A DNA stretch of 64,000 bases from an uncultured delta proteobacterium. Its GTDB lineage: Bacteria > Desulfobacterota > WTBG01 > CAIYCZ01 > CAIRTM01. The notes beneath the pieces are model-generated. The model did no database searches. It was not told the DNA's origin and worked only from the letters and a program-made list of their open reading frames with translations. Both the position numbers and the translations under genes were made by a program. Shown piece after piece: positions 54,235 through 63,390 of the stretch (the first letter of the stretch is position 1; each line of letters opens with the position of its first letter). The stretch is from assembly GCA_963804955.1 (NCBI GenBank), contig CAWDSQ010000007.1, positions 320,001-384,000 of the forward strand, written 5' to 3'.

Positions 54235-55110
54235 ATGAAGGGCATAATACTTGCCGGCGGTTCCGGCACCAGGCTGCATCCCGTAACGCGGGCGGTCAGC
54301 AAACAGCTTCTCCCGGTATATGACAAGCCGCTTATCTATTACCCCCTGTCTCTCCTGATGCTGGCCGGCATACGCGATATTCTCATCATTTCAACGCCTC
54401 ATGATCTTCCCAATTTCCGAAGCCTGTTCGGCGACGGATCGCAGATCGGGGTCTCGTTTTCCTATAAAGAACAGCCCCGGCCTGAGGGCATAGCGCAGGC
54501 CTTCATCATCGGCAAGTCCTTTATCGGCAGCGACAGGGTCTGCCTTGTGCTTGGCGACAACCTTTTTTACGGCCACGGATTTCCGGAAACCCTGCACACC
54601 GCAGCGCAGCTTGAAAAGGGCGGGCTTATCTTCGGCTATCCGGTGAAAGACCCTGAGCGCTACGGTGTTGTGGAATTTGACGATACGGGCAGGGTGCTGT
54701 CCATCGAGGAAAAGCCCGGCCACCCCAAATCGCACTTCGCCGTGCCCGGCCTTTACTTTTTCGATAACAGCGTCGTTGACATTGCCGAAAACATGAAGCC
54801 GTCGGCGCGCGGCGAACTGGAGATAACGGATGTGAATCTGGAATACCTGAGACGGGGCGAGCTTCGGGTACAGCTGCTGGGCCGCGGGCTTGCCTGGCTC
54901 GACACCGGCACGCATGAGGCCATGCAGCAGGCGTCAAGCTATGTGCAGGCCATTGAGGAACGGCAGGGCCTTAAAATTGCCTGCATCGAGGAGATAGCCT
55001 ATCGCCGGGGCTTCATCGACAGGGCGCAGGTCGCAAAGCTTGCCGGAGAAATGAAAAACAGCACGTACGGCAGATATCTGCTGGATATGCTGGCAGACGA
55101 GGAGGCATAA
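54235..55110 (+). CDS. rfbA: Glucose-1-phosphate thymidylyltransferase
   Basis: [33 protein letters not shown]. Confidence 0.97.
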   Translation: MKGIILAGGSGTRLHPVTRAVSKQLLPVYDKPLIYYPLSLLMLAGIRDILIISTPHDLPNFRSLFGDGSQIGVSFSYKEQPRPEGIAQAFIIGKSFIGSDRVCLVLGDNLFYGHGFPETLHTAAQLEKGGLIFGYPVKDPERYGVVEFDDTGRVLSIEEKPGHPKSHFAVPGLYFFDNSVVDIAENMKPSARGELEITDVNLEYLRRGELRVQLLGRGLAWLDTGTHEAMQQASSYVQAIEERQGLKIACIEEIAYRRGFIDRAQVAKLAGEMKNSTYGRYLLDMLADEEA

Positions 55111-55113
55111 CCG

Positions 55114-55677
55114 GTGGCGCTTAAAATTACGCAAATGGCTATACCTGACGTGTGCATCATCAAACCCGATGTGTTCCGCGACAGCCGCGGTTTTTTCATG
55201 GAAACCTATCAGCTTCAAAAATATGAGCAGCTGGGCATAACCAGGCCTTTTGTGCAGGATAATCACTCCCGCTCCTCTAAGGGCATTCTGCGCGGCATGC
55301 ACTATCAGCTCAACTTTCCCCAGGCAAAACTGGTATCGGTGCTGCGGGGAGAAATTTTCGACGTGGCCATTGACATACGCAGGGGATCGCCTTCCTTTGG
55401 CCGCTGGGTGGGCGAGGTGCTGTCCGAAGATAACAATTACCAGCTGTTTATCCCTGAGGGGTTTGCCCACGGTTTCTGCGTGCTGAGCGACACCGTCGAT
55501 CTCTTCTATAAATGCACTGAGTACTACCACCCGGAAGACGACCGGGGCATCAACTGGGCGGATGAGGCCGTGGGGATCACCTGGCCGCAGCGCACAGCCC
55601 TGACCTCAGACAAGGACAGCCGCCTGCCCTTTCTTGAAAATGTTCCGCCGGAGCTCCTGCCTGTGTACAAGCCCTAG
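55114..55677 (+). CDS. rfbC: dTDP-4-dehydrorhamnose 3,5-epimerase
   Basis: DSRGFF, FVQDNHS, RGMHYQ, GFAHGF. Confidence 0.97.
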   Translation: MALKITQMAIPDVCIIKPDVFRDSRGFFMETYQLQKYEQLGITRPFVQDNHSRSSKGILRGMHYQLNFPQAKLVSVLRGEIFDVAIDIRRGSPSFGRWVGEVLSEDNNYQLFIPEGFAHGFCVLSDTVDLFYKCTEYYHPEDDRGINWADEAVGITWPQRTALTSDKDSRLPFLENVPPELLPVYKP

Positions 55678-55811
55678 CCGATCGTCTCTGTGTCGTTACG
55701 CCGCGCTTGACAGCAGGAGTTATTTTTCACATAATGCGGCATGATAATTTTTACAGGCAAGGCATCACCTATGCCGGTGTGGTGGAATTGATAGAGCAGA
55801 GGACTCAAAAG

Positions 55812-55948
55812 GCAGTGGGGGTGTTGAAAAAGTGTCATCCTGAACGAAGTGAAGGATCTCTGGTTATTCGGGCTTATAAAATTCAACAAGATAGAGATTC
55901 TTCGCTGCGCTCAGAATGACTTTAGGGGGTTTTCAACCCCCCGCAGTG
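55812..55948. mobile_element. MITE with terminal inverted repeats, apparent target duplication and internal GTCA-type REP doublet
   Basis: TIR ggggtgttgaaaa (55818-55830) / ttttcaacccccc (55930-55942), 12/13; gcagtg on both sides; internal gtcatcctgaacgaagtgaaggatct...agattcttcgctgcgctcagaatgac. Confidence 0.75.
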
Positions 55949-56197
55949 TCTACCTTGTAATTTTCTGTTCCCTGTCCTGAAAACCATGACCACCGATGCA
56001 CATACCCCTTTCAAAGCCAGCCATCCGACTAACGCCCTTCATGAATGACTGCTACAGCCTTCTGATAATTTATTTGACAGCAGCATGGAAACAATGATAG
56101 TAGTATTCCATATGAATAATACATTCTAAAGACATACTCTCTTACAAGAACGCTACCGTTTAAACAATAACCATTTTACAGACAAGGGAAAAAACAT

Positions 56198-56744
56198 ATG
56201 CGACACCGCCGCAACACTCACTGAGGAGCAGCTCTATAATGAAATTATTGAGTATCTTGAAATGAATAATATATGCACCCTGGCATTTGCGTACAGCAAT
56301 GTTCCCCGTGCGACCCCTGTTGAATACCGTAATGACGGGGCCAACATCTATGTTGTCTCTGAAGGGATGAGTCATCAGATGTATGCAGCAGGACAAAAAA
56401 ATAAGGTTGTGGAGTGGAAAAAAATGTTTATCGAACGAAACCCTCTCTGCTCCGTAGGTCTTATCTCTCCGTACTTCGGTTTCAAGTCAACACGCGGTCT
56501 GCGGATATGGGGGCGCGCGCAGGTCTTCCACAAAGGAGATGCGGAATGGGGAAAAGGCTGCGAGCTGCTGCATGTTGCAAGGAGCCTGCCTGATTTTAAT
56601 CAGACGGAAATCCCTGACTTTCTCATAGTCATTAAAATTGTACCGGAAATGATGCAGTATTTTAATCTGCCCAGGGGTATTAAGCGTGCCCGGTGGTTAG
56701 CTCCCGGAGTAAACCCCGACTCATGGAACTGCCCCTGGGAATAA
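56198..56744 (+). CDS. Pyridoxamine 5'-phosphate oxidase-like FMN-binding protein
   Basis: ICTLA...PRATPVEY, IERNP, GLRIWGRA; frame extends upstream of 56262 to an out-of-frame ATG at 56198 with an RBS. Confidence 0.7.
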
Positions 56745-56821
56745 TTGAAACTGATAAGCCCTCACTTCGGAATGGGCAGAATAGAAATGAAGGATGATGG
56801 TGTGCCAGGGTTAGAGCATTT

Positions 56822-57214
56822 TTAAGGCTTCGAATGCTGCAACAGATTGAGCCGCAGGGAGGTCATCAGCGGATAAAGCAGTTCATGGGTTTCTCTCAAT
56901 AAAACGCTGCCCAGCTTGGTTAACATATAATATTTCCTTTGAGCACCTCGGGCTGAAGGTTCCATGTGACTTTTCAGCACACCATCGCTTTCCAGGGAGC
57001 GCAATTTTTTATACAGATTATTCCTATCGATATCAAAGCCGCCTCTTGTCTGTTTAAGAATCTCCGCCTTGATCTCGTAAACATATTTCGGGCTTTCGCT
57101 TATGATGACGAGAGTAATAAATTGCAAAAAGCCTCTTTTCAAATCAAAGACTATCTGGTCGTGGTACTTTTCCTTGATTTTCTGCTTTGGCATTTCAACT
57201 TTTTTATTTTTCAT
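56822..57214 (-). CDS. PadR family transcriptional regulator
   Basis: LKRG.L, YVYEI, LYKKLRSLE..G, RKYYMLTKLG. Confidence 0.9.
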   Translation of the reverse strand: MKNKKVEMPKQKIKEKYHDQIVFDLKRGFLQFITLVIISESPKYVYEIKAEILKQTRGGFDIDRNNLYKKLRSLESDGVLKSHMEPSARGAQRKYYMLTKLGSVLLRETHELLYPLMTSLRLNLLQHSKP

Positions 57215-57602
57215 AGTGTTCCCATCATATTTTTTAATTCGATAAAAAAACTCCCTGCCCGCTATACCGAATTTATTTTACCATACGTATTGTGATTTTG
57301 TATATATTTTTAAAGGCTGCAGGCAAACAACGCCGAAAAACCCGCATGAAATAAGCATTGGGCAGGTTGCGCCCTCGGTGCATCAGCAAACATGCCGTTG
57401 CAAATCTCTGGTATTGCGTATTATGACAGATGGGCATTCTGCCTGTGCGGCACTGGCATTTGCATATCACAGGCGTTAAATATCCGGCTATAAGTATTCT
57501 TTGAGCAGTTCGCCGGTGCGGACAAGCATTAATATGCCCGGAACAGTCGGCCTTTGAAGCTCCCTGCGGGCAGAGGGTACTGTGGTAATAATAACTTTTT
57601 TA

Positions 57603-57636
57603 TTGACACAAAAGCTTAACGGTATTATTCTAATAC
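57603..57636 (+). promoter_or_regulatory. Putative sigma70 promoter with overlapping palindrome
   Basis: TTGACA-17 nt-TATTCT; GTATTA-ttc-TAATAC (57622-57636) overlaps the -10. Confidence 0.55.
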
Positions 57637-57672
57637 ATTATTACTTAATAAAAATTTATTACAGGAAGTCCT

Positions 57673-58047
57673 ATGATTTCAGATCAAAAAATAATTGAAA
57701 AACATTTGCAGCAATTGCTCTTTGATATAAAGCGCGGTTTTTTGCAGTATGTTGTCCTGTCGCTTATTGATCAGGGGCCCCAATACGCTTATGAAATCAA
57801 AGAAAAAGTATACGCTGTAACAGGAGGCACGTTCGATATCGATCGCAACAACCTGTATAAAAAGCTAAGAACTCTTGAGCATGAAGGGATACTGAAAAGC
57901 CTTGAAAAACCTTCGGATCACGGCGCTAACAGAAAATATTATTCACTTACCCCTTTTGGCAAAAATTTTCTAAAAGAAGTCTCATCCCTGATGCAGCCTG
58001 TAATAGAATCATTCTATAACCGCATGCGGGATCTTGATATTGGCTGA
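57673..58047 (+). CDS. PadR family transcriptional regulator
   Basis: IKRG.L, YAYEI, LYKKLRTLE..G, RKYYSLTPFG. Confidence 0.9.
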   Translation: MISDQKIIEKHLQQLLFDIKRGFLQYVVLSLIDQGPQYAYEIKEKVYAVTGGTFDIDRNNLYKKLRTLEHEGILKSLEKPSDHGANRKYYSLTPFGKNFLKEVSSLMQPVIESFYNRMRDLDIG

Positions 58048-58363
58048 ACCCTCCGTCTTGCCTGGCTTTCTTATGAGCCACAGGCTCCGGCGGTCTCCTC
58101 CGGGCATCTGCTGTACCATGATTATACAACAGCCTCCATGCATGGGGCCTATTCAACCCTTTTGACCTTCAACAAGCTCTTTTCAAGCATCCCCTCAGAG
58201 AATACAAAACAAAAAATTATTACTTATTTTTTTCTTGACAATTTCAGTATGCCAGTAGTATCTTAAGGGTATACTTCTAAAGTTATTAGTTCTTAGAATT
58301 ACTAAATTGCGGTCTTTCCAAAAAAAACAATTGTTTACCTGTTCACATTTTGAAAGAACAGCA

Positions 58364-59689
58364 ATGAAGCAAAAATATGATCTCGTAGTAGTTGGGGGCG
58401 GCACATCGGGGCTTGAAGCGGCGAAAACCGCCGCACAGAACGGTTTAAAAGTTGCCTTGATTGAGCGAAAAACAGACCCGGCAAAGATTCAGCGATCATG
58501 CGCTCAGATGTTTCTCTTGAATATGGATTCCTTCTACAATGAGCACATGTATTTTTCCCGCGAGCAGAAGCGGTGGGTTTTTCCGGTAAACAACTTTTCC
58601 GTTAATTATCCGGGGGATTACCGCGAGTTTTATGCGCTCCATTTCACAGCACCCAATGGCGTTGACCGTATTGAAATCGGCGATTACGAAAAAAATGCTT
58701 CCGGAAAGGGTGTGCCTGCTGTTGTTTTTGACAAAGGCGCGCTGCTTGGCGGACTTTATGCGGAAGGCCGGCAGGCGGGCGTGGATTACTATCTGGGCCG
58801 CAATGTGGTGGATGCCCGAAATACATCGCAGGGGGTACGCGTGAAAACCGCTGAAGGGGATTCTTTGACAGGGTCCTTCTGTATCGCTGCCGACGGTATT
58901 AACTCAAGACTTGCAAGAATTTCCGGACTGAACCGTGACCGGGTGTTTATCAATACCGGCCGCGCCAACAGTTATTATATTACCGGGGTTGAGTTTGAGC
59001 GTTCTGAAATGATCGCCCTGGGCCTCTGTTACGGCCCGGGTCAGCTGGGTACGATTATGTTCTGCATGCTACCCAGTGTTTACCGGAAAGATGAATACTG
59101 GCTGTATATTCAGGGCAAGGAACGGCTTGAATATCTGACCCGGCAAAGCAACTACCGGCACTGGTTTAAAAATGTCGAGATTACCCATGAACGCTGTGCC
59201 GTGGTGAGCAACTGGAGTCCGGCCAAAGAACCTTTTAAGGATAATATTATATTTGTCGGAGACAGCTGCTGGTTTGCGGAAGCGGAAAATACCGGCGCCC
59301 TGCTGTCAGGGCATAAAGCGGCAAATGCCGTGTGTGCAGCCCTTCATACGGGGCAGGTAAGCCGTGAAGGGGTAAAGGATTATATTGACTGGTGGCAGAA
59401 GAACTGGGCGGAAACCCATGATTATAAAGAATTTGTCATGTATCCGGTATTTAACCGGCTGTTTAATGAAGAAGAACATAACTACCTGCATAAAATCATT
59501 GACACGAAGCTTCCCTGGACCATGAATCCTTTTTTGATGTACCGGGGCCTCAGTGAAGGCTTAAAACCTCATCTGGATACCATACGAAAAGAACGTCCGG
59601 TTATTGCCAAAAAAATCGAAATGTTTACACCGGAAATGGCGGCTTTGCTGATGAGTAAAGCAAGCAGGATGGGATATCCCTGCTATTAA
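58364..59689 (+). CDS. FAD-dependent oxidoreductase (geranylgeranyl reductase/FixC-like)
   Basis: DLVVVGGGTSG, IAADG, FVGDS. Confidence 0.85.
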   Translation: MKQKYDLVVVGGGTSGLEAAKTAAQNGLKVALIERKTDPAKIQRSCAQMFLLNMDSFYNEHMYFSREQKRWVFPVNNFSVNYPGDYREFYALHFTAPNGVDRIEIGDYEKNASGKGVPAVVFDKGALLGGLYAEGRQAGVDYYLGRNVVDARNTSQGVRVKTAEGDSLTGSFCIAADGINSRLARISGLNRDRVFINTGRANSYYITGVEFERSEMIALGLCYGPGQLGTIMFCMLPSVYRKDEYWLYIQGKERLEYLTRQSNYRHWFKNVEITHERCAVVSNWSPAKEPFKDNIIFVGDSCWFAEAENTGALLSGHKAANAVCAALHTGQVSREGVKDYIDWWQKNWAETHDYKEFVMYPVFNRLFNEEEHNYLHKIIDTKLPWTMNPFLMYRGLSEGLKPHLDTIRKERPVIAKKIEMFTPEMAALLMSKASRMGYPCY

Positions 59690-59755
59690 TAATTCCAGGA
59701 ATAATTGAGGGCATCCGCAGGTAAAAAATTTAAACAACTTATCAAGCAGATAAAA

Positions 59756-60046
59756 ATGAAAAAACAAGCCCCTACAGCATTTGGATCCGTTATCCCCATT
59801 ACTGAAAATTTTCAAAAAAATGATGACTGGCGTTTTGAAAGACCTGTATGGGACACAGAGAAGTGTGTCCGGTGCGGCATATGTTATGTGTCCTGCCCGG
59901 ACGGCGCCATTTATCAAAATAAAGACGGATACTATGAGGCGGATTTACAGTACTGCAAGGGCTGCGGTCTTTGTATCCGGCAATGTGTTACAGGATGCAT
60001 ATCACTGGAAATAGCTGTAGAACGTGCTCCGTGGCTGGCTAAATAA
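59756..60046 (+). CDS. 2[4Fe-4S] protein, 2-oxoacid:ferredoxin oxidoreductase delta-subunit-like
   Basis: WRFERPV, CVRCGICYVSCPD, YCKGCGLC...C. Confidence 0.85.
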   Translation: MKKQAPTAFGSVIPITENFQKNDDWRFERPVWDTEKCVRCGICYVSCPDGAIYQNKDGYYEADLQYCKGCGLCIRQCVTGCISLEIAVERAPWLAK

Positions 60047-60069
60047 TATGTTCAGGAGGCAACTCATTC

Positions 60070-60999
60070 ATGGATAGGTTCTCAGTATTTGCACCAAAAA
60101 TTTTACCCCGTCAGGAACGCTTTCTTAGTGGAAGGCGGTCCTGTAAGGGATGTGCGAAATCCCTGGCCGCGCGGCTTGTTTCCAAAATATCCGATTCCGC
60201 TGACCCTGCACTGGGTGGGCTAAACGGTCAAAATGACGGGCTAAGCGCAAACAGCTTTTCACATGACCGTGTCACTACGGCAGATACGCTTGAAAAACTT
60301 ATTTCAAGCATAGACAGCTTTAATGAAAAGTCTGCCAGGCAGTCCCGGACAGCGCATGTGCCGGTTAAAAAGCCGGTCATTGCAATTGACCGGAAAATAC
60401 TAAATACGGATTACGTTGTGCTTCAGCGCATTTTAAAAAATAAAAATGTCGTGATTGTCTGTTTCGACAATGAACCCGCAATTGATTCTCTGATCCGCAA
60501 AGCCATTCCCCGGCCATTTGTCCACAATGATAGAAACCACCCGGTTACCGGGAAGGATGTTAGGGCTGCCGTGCGGGAAAAGAACATCCCGGCAGTCATG
60601 GCCAAAGAAGATTTCGCATACATTGCAACGGCCTGTCCCAGCTATCCTTTCGACCTGATTGAAAAGGTTCGCCAGGCCCGGAAATGTTCCGCTAATGCGT
60701 TTATTTTAGTCATGACACCCTGCCCTACCGGATGGATGTTTGCTCCGAACCAGACACTTACTGTCGGCCACCGTGCAGTCTTAACCGGATACTTTCCGTT
60801 GTTTGAAGTTAAAGACGACAAGATACGTCTAACCGTGCAACCGAAAAACCGCAAACCGGTTCAGGAATATCTGGCTCTGCAAAAGCGTTTTTTCACCTTT
60901 CCGCCGAGTCTGATACCTGCGCTACAGGCGGCCGTTGATGAATTTTATGATGACCTTCAAAAAACAGGAACAATCCATGAAATTGCCACGAAAAAATAA
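60070..60999 (+). CDS. Degenerate 2-oxoacid:ferredoxin oxidoreductase beta-subunit-like protein
   Basis: SGRRSCKGC, CFDNE, YIATA, PCPTGW, GYFPLFE, YLALQKRF; no GDG TPP motif. Confidence 0.75.
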   Translation: MDRFSVFAPKILPRQERFLSGRRSCKGCAKSLAARLVSKISDSADPALGGLNGQNDGLSANSFSHDRVTTADTLEKLISSIDSFNEKSARQSRTAHVPVKKPVIAIDRKILNTDYVVLQRILKNKNVVIVCFDNEPAIDSLIRKAIPRPFVHNDRNHPVTGKDVRAAVREKNIPAVMAKEDFAYIATACPSYPFDLIEKVRQARKCSANAFILVMTPCPTGWMFAPNQTLTVGHRAVLTGYFPLFEVKDDKIRLTVQPKNRKPVQEYLALQKRFFTFPPSLIPALQAAVDEFYDDLQKTGTIHEIATKK

Positions 61000-61453
61000 G
61001 GTTGATCAAATAATTGAAAATTACAAAAAAGACCAGGGCACACTGATTTCACTGCTTCAGGATATTCAGTCTGAGTTCGGCTATCTACCGAAGGACGTTC
61101 TGTCGTATGCAGGCGAATCAGCAAATGTCCCGCTCAGCAAACTTTTTGCTGTTGCTTCTTTTTATCATTCATTCAGCCTGGAACCCCGGGGGAAACACCT
61201 GGTCAGCGTATGCACAGGTACTGCATGCCATGTAAAGAATGCGGGCAACCTGGCGCAGAGCGTTTCCCGTGAACTCGGTCTTGAAAAAGATGAAGGCACC
61301 AGTGCTGACGGTACATTCACCTTAAAGAAAGTCCGCTGCCTCGGATGTTGCAGTATGGCTCCGGTGGTAAAAATCAATGACGATATCCACGGCGGCATGA
61401 CACAAGTCAAAACAGGAAAATTACTTCACCACTATAGAAAAGACAGCACATGA
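60977..61453 (+). CDS. NuoE/HydC-like [2Fe-2S] subunit
   Basis: LQDIQSEFGYLP, VCTGTACHV, CLGCC. Confidence 0.9.
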   Translation: MKLPRKNKVDQIIENYKKDQGTLISLLQDIQSEFGYLPKDVLSYAGESANVPLSKLFAVASFYHSFSLEPRGKHLVSVCTGTACHVKNAGNLAQSVSRELGLEKDEGTSADGTFTLKKVRCLGCCSMAPVVKINDDIHGGMTQVKTGKLLHHYRKDST

Positions 61454-63312
61454 TGAAGAGTAAAACCTTTACGCATCTGGAGAAACTGGAAAAATCCGGA
61501 CAGGCCTCGCTCTTCCCGAATCGAATCAAGATTACGGTGGGATTTGCTTCCTGTGGCGTTGCTGCAGGTGCACAGGCCGTCCTGAACGCTTTTACAACAG
61601 GAATCAAAAAACGCAAACTGGATGTTCAGCTACAAAAGGCCGGCTGCGGCGGCATGTGTCATCAGGAACCACTGGTTGATATCTGGATCCCCGGAAAGGT
61701 CCGTCTGACTTATGGCAAGGTAACCCCGGACAATGCACAGTCCATACTGGCTGCAATCAAATCGGATATGATTCCTGAAGGGGCTCTTTTTAAAACACCG
61801 TTAGGGCCATCATCCTGCTGTGAAGATGTAGGGGACACTACCAGCCATCCATTTTACCGGAAACAGCAGCGGGTAGCGCTTCGTAACTGCGGCGTGATCG
61901 ATCCTGAAAACATTAAGGAATATATTGCCCTTGAGGGATATCAGGGCTTGGCTGTTGCGTTGAGTGAAAAAACACCCCTGCAGGTGATCAGTGAAGTAGA
62001 AAAATCCGGCTTGCGTGGACGCGGCGGCGGCGGTTTCCCAACCGGATTGAAGTGGAAGACCTGCCGTAAAGCCAAAGGAAAACAAAAATATATCATCTGC
62101 AATGCCGATGAAGGTGATCCAGGCGCATATATGGATAGAAGCATCCTTGAAGGCGACCCGCATGCAGTGATTGAAGGTATGCTGCTTGCCGGTTATGCGG
62201 TTGGAGCATCCCGGGGGGTTATTTATGTAAGAGACGAATATCCCCTTGCAATCCAGCGCCTGGAGATTGCTCTTGAACAGGCGCGTAAAAACGGGATACT
62301 GGGCGATTCTGTCCTGGAATCCGACTTCAGCTTTGCTATTCGCATCAGCCGCGGCGCCGGGGCATTTGTCTGCGGCGAAGAAACGGCCCTGATTCAGTCT
62401 GTTGAAGGCGAGTGCGGTGAGCCCCGTCAAAGACCGCCATATCCTGCGGTTGAAGGTTTATACGGCTGTCCGACGATCATTAATAATGTTGAAACGCTGG
62501 CAAATGTATCCGCTCTGATAAAAAGGGGCGCCAGTCAGTTTTCAGCAGTTGGAACTGAAACCAGTAAAGGGACAAAAGTCTTTTCCCTGGTGGGGAAAAT
62601 AAACAACGTGGGACTTGTTGAAGTCCCCATGGGCATCACACTCCGTGAAATCATCTTTGATATCGGCGGCGGCATTCCCGGGGGTAAGGCCTTCAAGGCG
62701 GTTCAGACCGGCGGCCCGTCAGGCGGCTGTATTCCCGAACATCTGATCGATCTGCCGGTGGACTATGATGAACTGGCCAAAACCGGATCCATTATGGGGT
62801 CCGGCGGCTTGATCGTCATGGATGAAAAAACATGCATGGTTGATGTGGCCCTTTATTTTCTCAGGTTCCTTGAAGATGAGTCCTGCGGCAAGTGTACGCC
62901 CTGCAGGGTCGGCGTTACAAGAATGAGAGAAATTCTTGAGGATATCTGCGAGGGCCGGGGAACGGTCAAGGACCTTGCGCTCCTGGAAAAACTGGGCGGC
63001 ATCATCAAGGATTCAGCATTGTGCGGCCTCGGACGAACAGCACCGAACCCTGTTCTGTCGACGTTGAAATATTTTAAAAAAGAGTACCTGGCCCACATTA
63101 AGGACAAAAAATGTCCGGCCGGTGTATGCCGGGAACTTGTCACGTATTCAATTGACAAAAAGACCTGTATTGGCTGCGGCGCCTGTGTAAAGGCCTGTCC
63201 CACTGCGGCCGTCAGCGGGACAAAAAAGAAACCGCATAAGATCAATCAAAAAAAATGCATTAAGTGCGGCGCCTGTTCAGAGATTTGTCCTGTGGGCGCG
63301 ATAGCAACCTGA
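61450..63312 (+). CDS. NuoF/HydB-like NADH/FMN-binding subunit with extra Fe-S domains
   Basis: N-terminal C..GA / GCGGMC; GRGGGGFP, NADEGDPGAYMDR, CGEETAL, SCGKCTPCR; two C-terminal CxxCxxCxxxCP. Confidence 0.92.
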   Translation: MMKSKTFTHLEKLEKSGQASLFPNRIKITVGFASCGVAAGAQAVLNAFTTGIKKRKLDVQLQKAGCGGMCHQEPLVDIWIPGKVRLTYGKVTPDNAQSILAAIKSDMIPEGALFKTPLGPSSCCEDVGDTTSHPFYRKQQRVALRNCGVIDPENIKEYIALEGYQGLAVALSEKTPLQVISEVEKSGLRGRGGGGFPTGLKWKTCRKAKGKQKYIICNADEGDPGAYMDRSILEGDPHAVIEGMLLAGYAVGASRGVIYVRDEYPLAIQRLEIALEQARKNGILGDSVLESDFSFAIRISRGAGAFVCGEETALIQSVEGECGEPRQRPPYPAVEGLYGCPTIINNVETLANVSALIKRGASQFSAVGTETSKGTKVFSLVGKINNVGLVEVPMGITLREIIFDIGGGIPGGKAFKAVQTGGPSGGCIPEHLIDLPVDYDELAKTGSIMGSGGLIVMDEKTCMVDVALYFLRFLEDESCGKCTPCRVGVTRMREILEDICEGRGTVKDLALLEKLGGIIKDSALCGLGRTAPNPVLSTLKYFKKEYLAHIKDKKCPAGVCRELVTYSIDKKTCIGCGACVKACPTAAVSGTKKKPHKINQKKCIKCGACSEICPVGAIAT

Positions 63313-63390
63313 CAGGATACATACTTGATTTATGAAACAGGAAGGGTTCCGGATAGCCGAATCTCTTCCTTATCTTCCCAAGGAGTTACC

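Noticed and set aside
57319..57350. ggcaaac...gccgaaa resembling a c-di-GMP-I riboswitch
   Set aside because: No P2 stem or GCAAAG receptor segment follows
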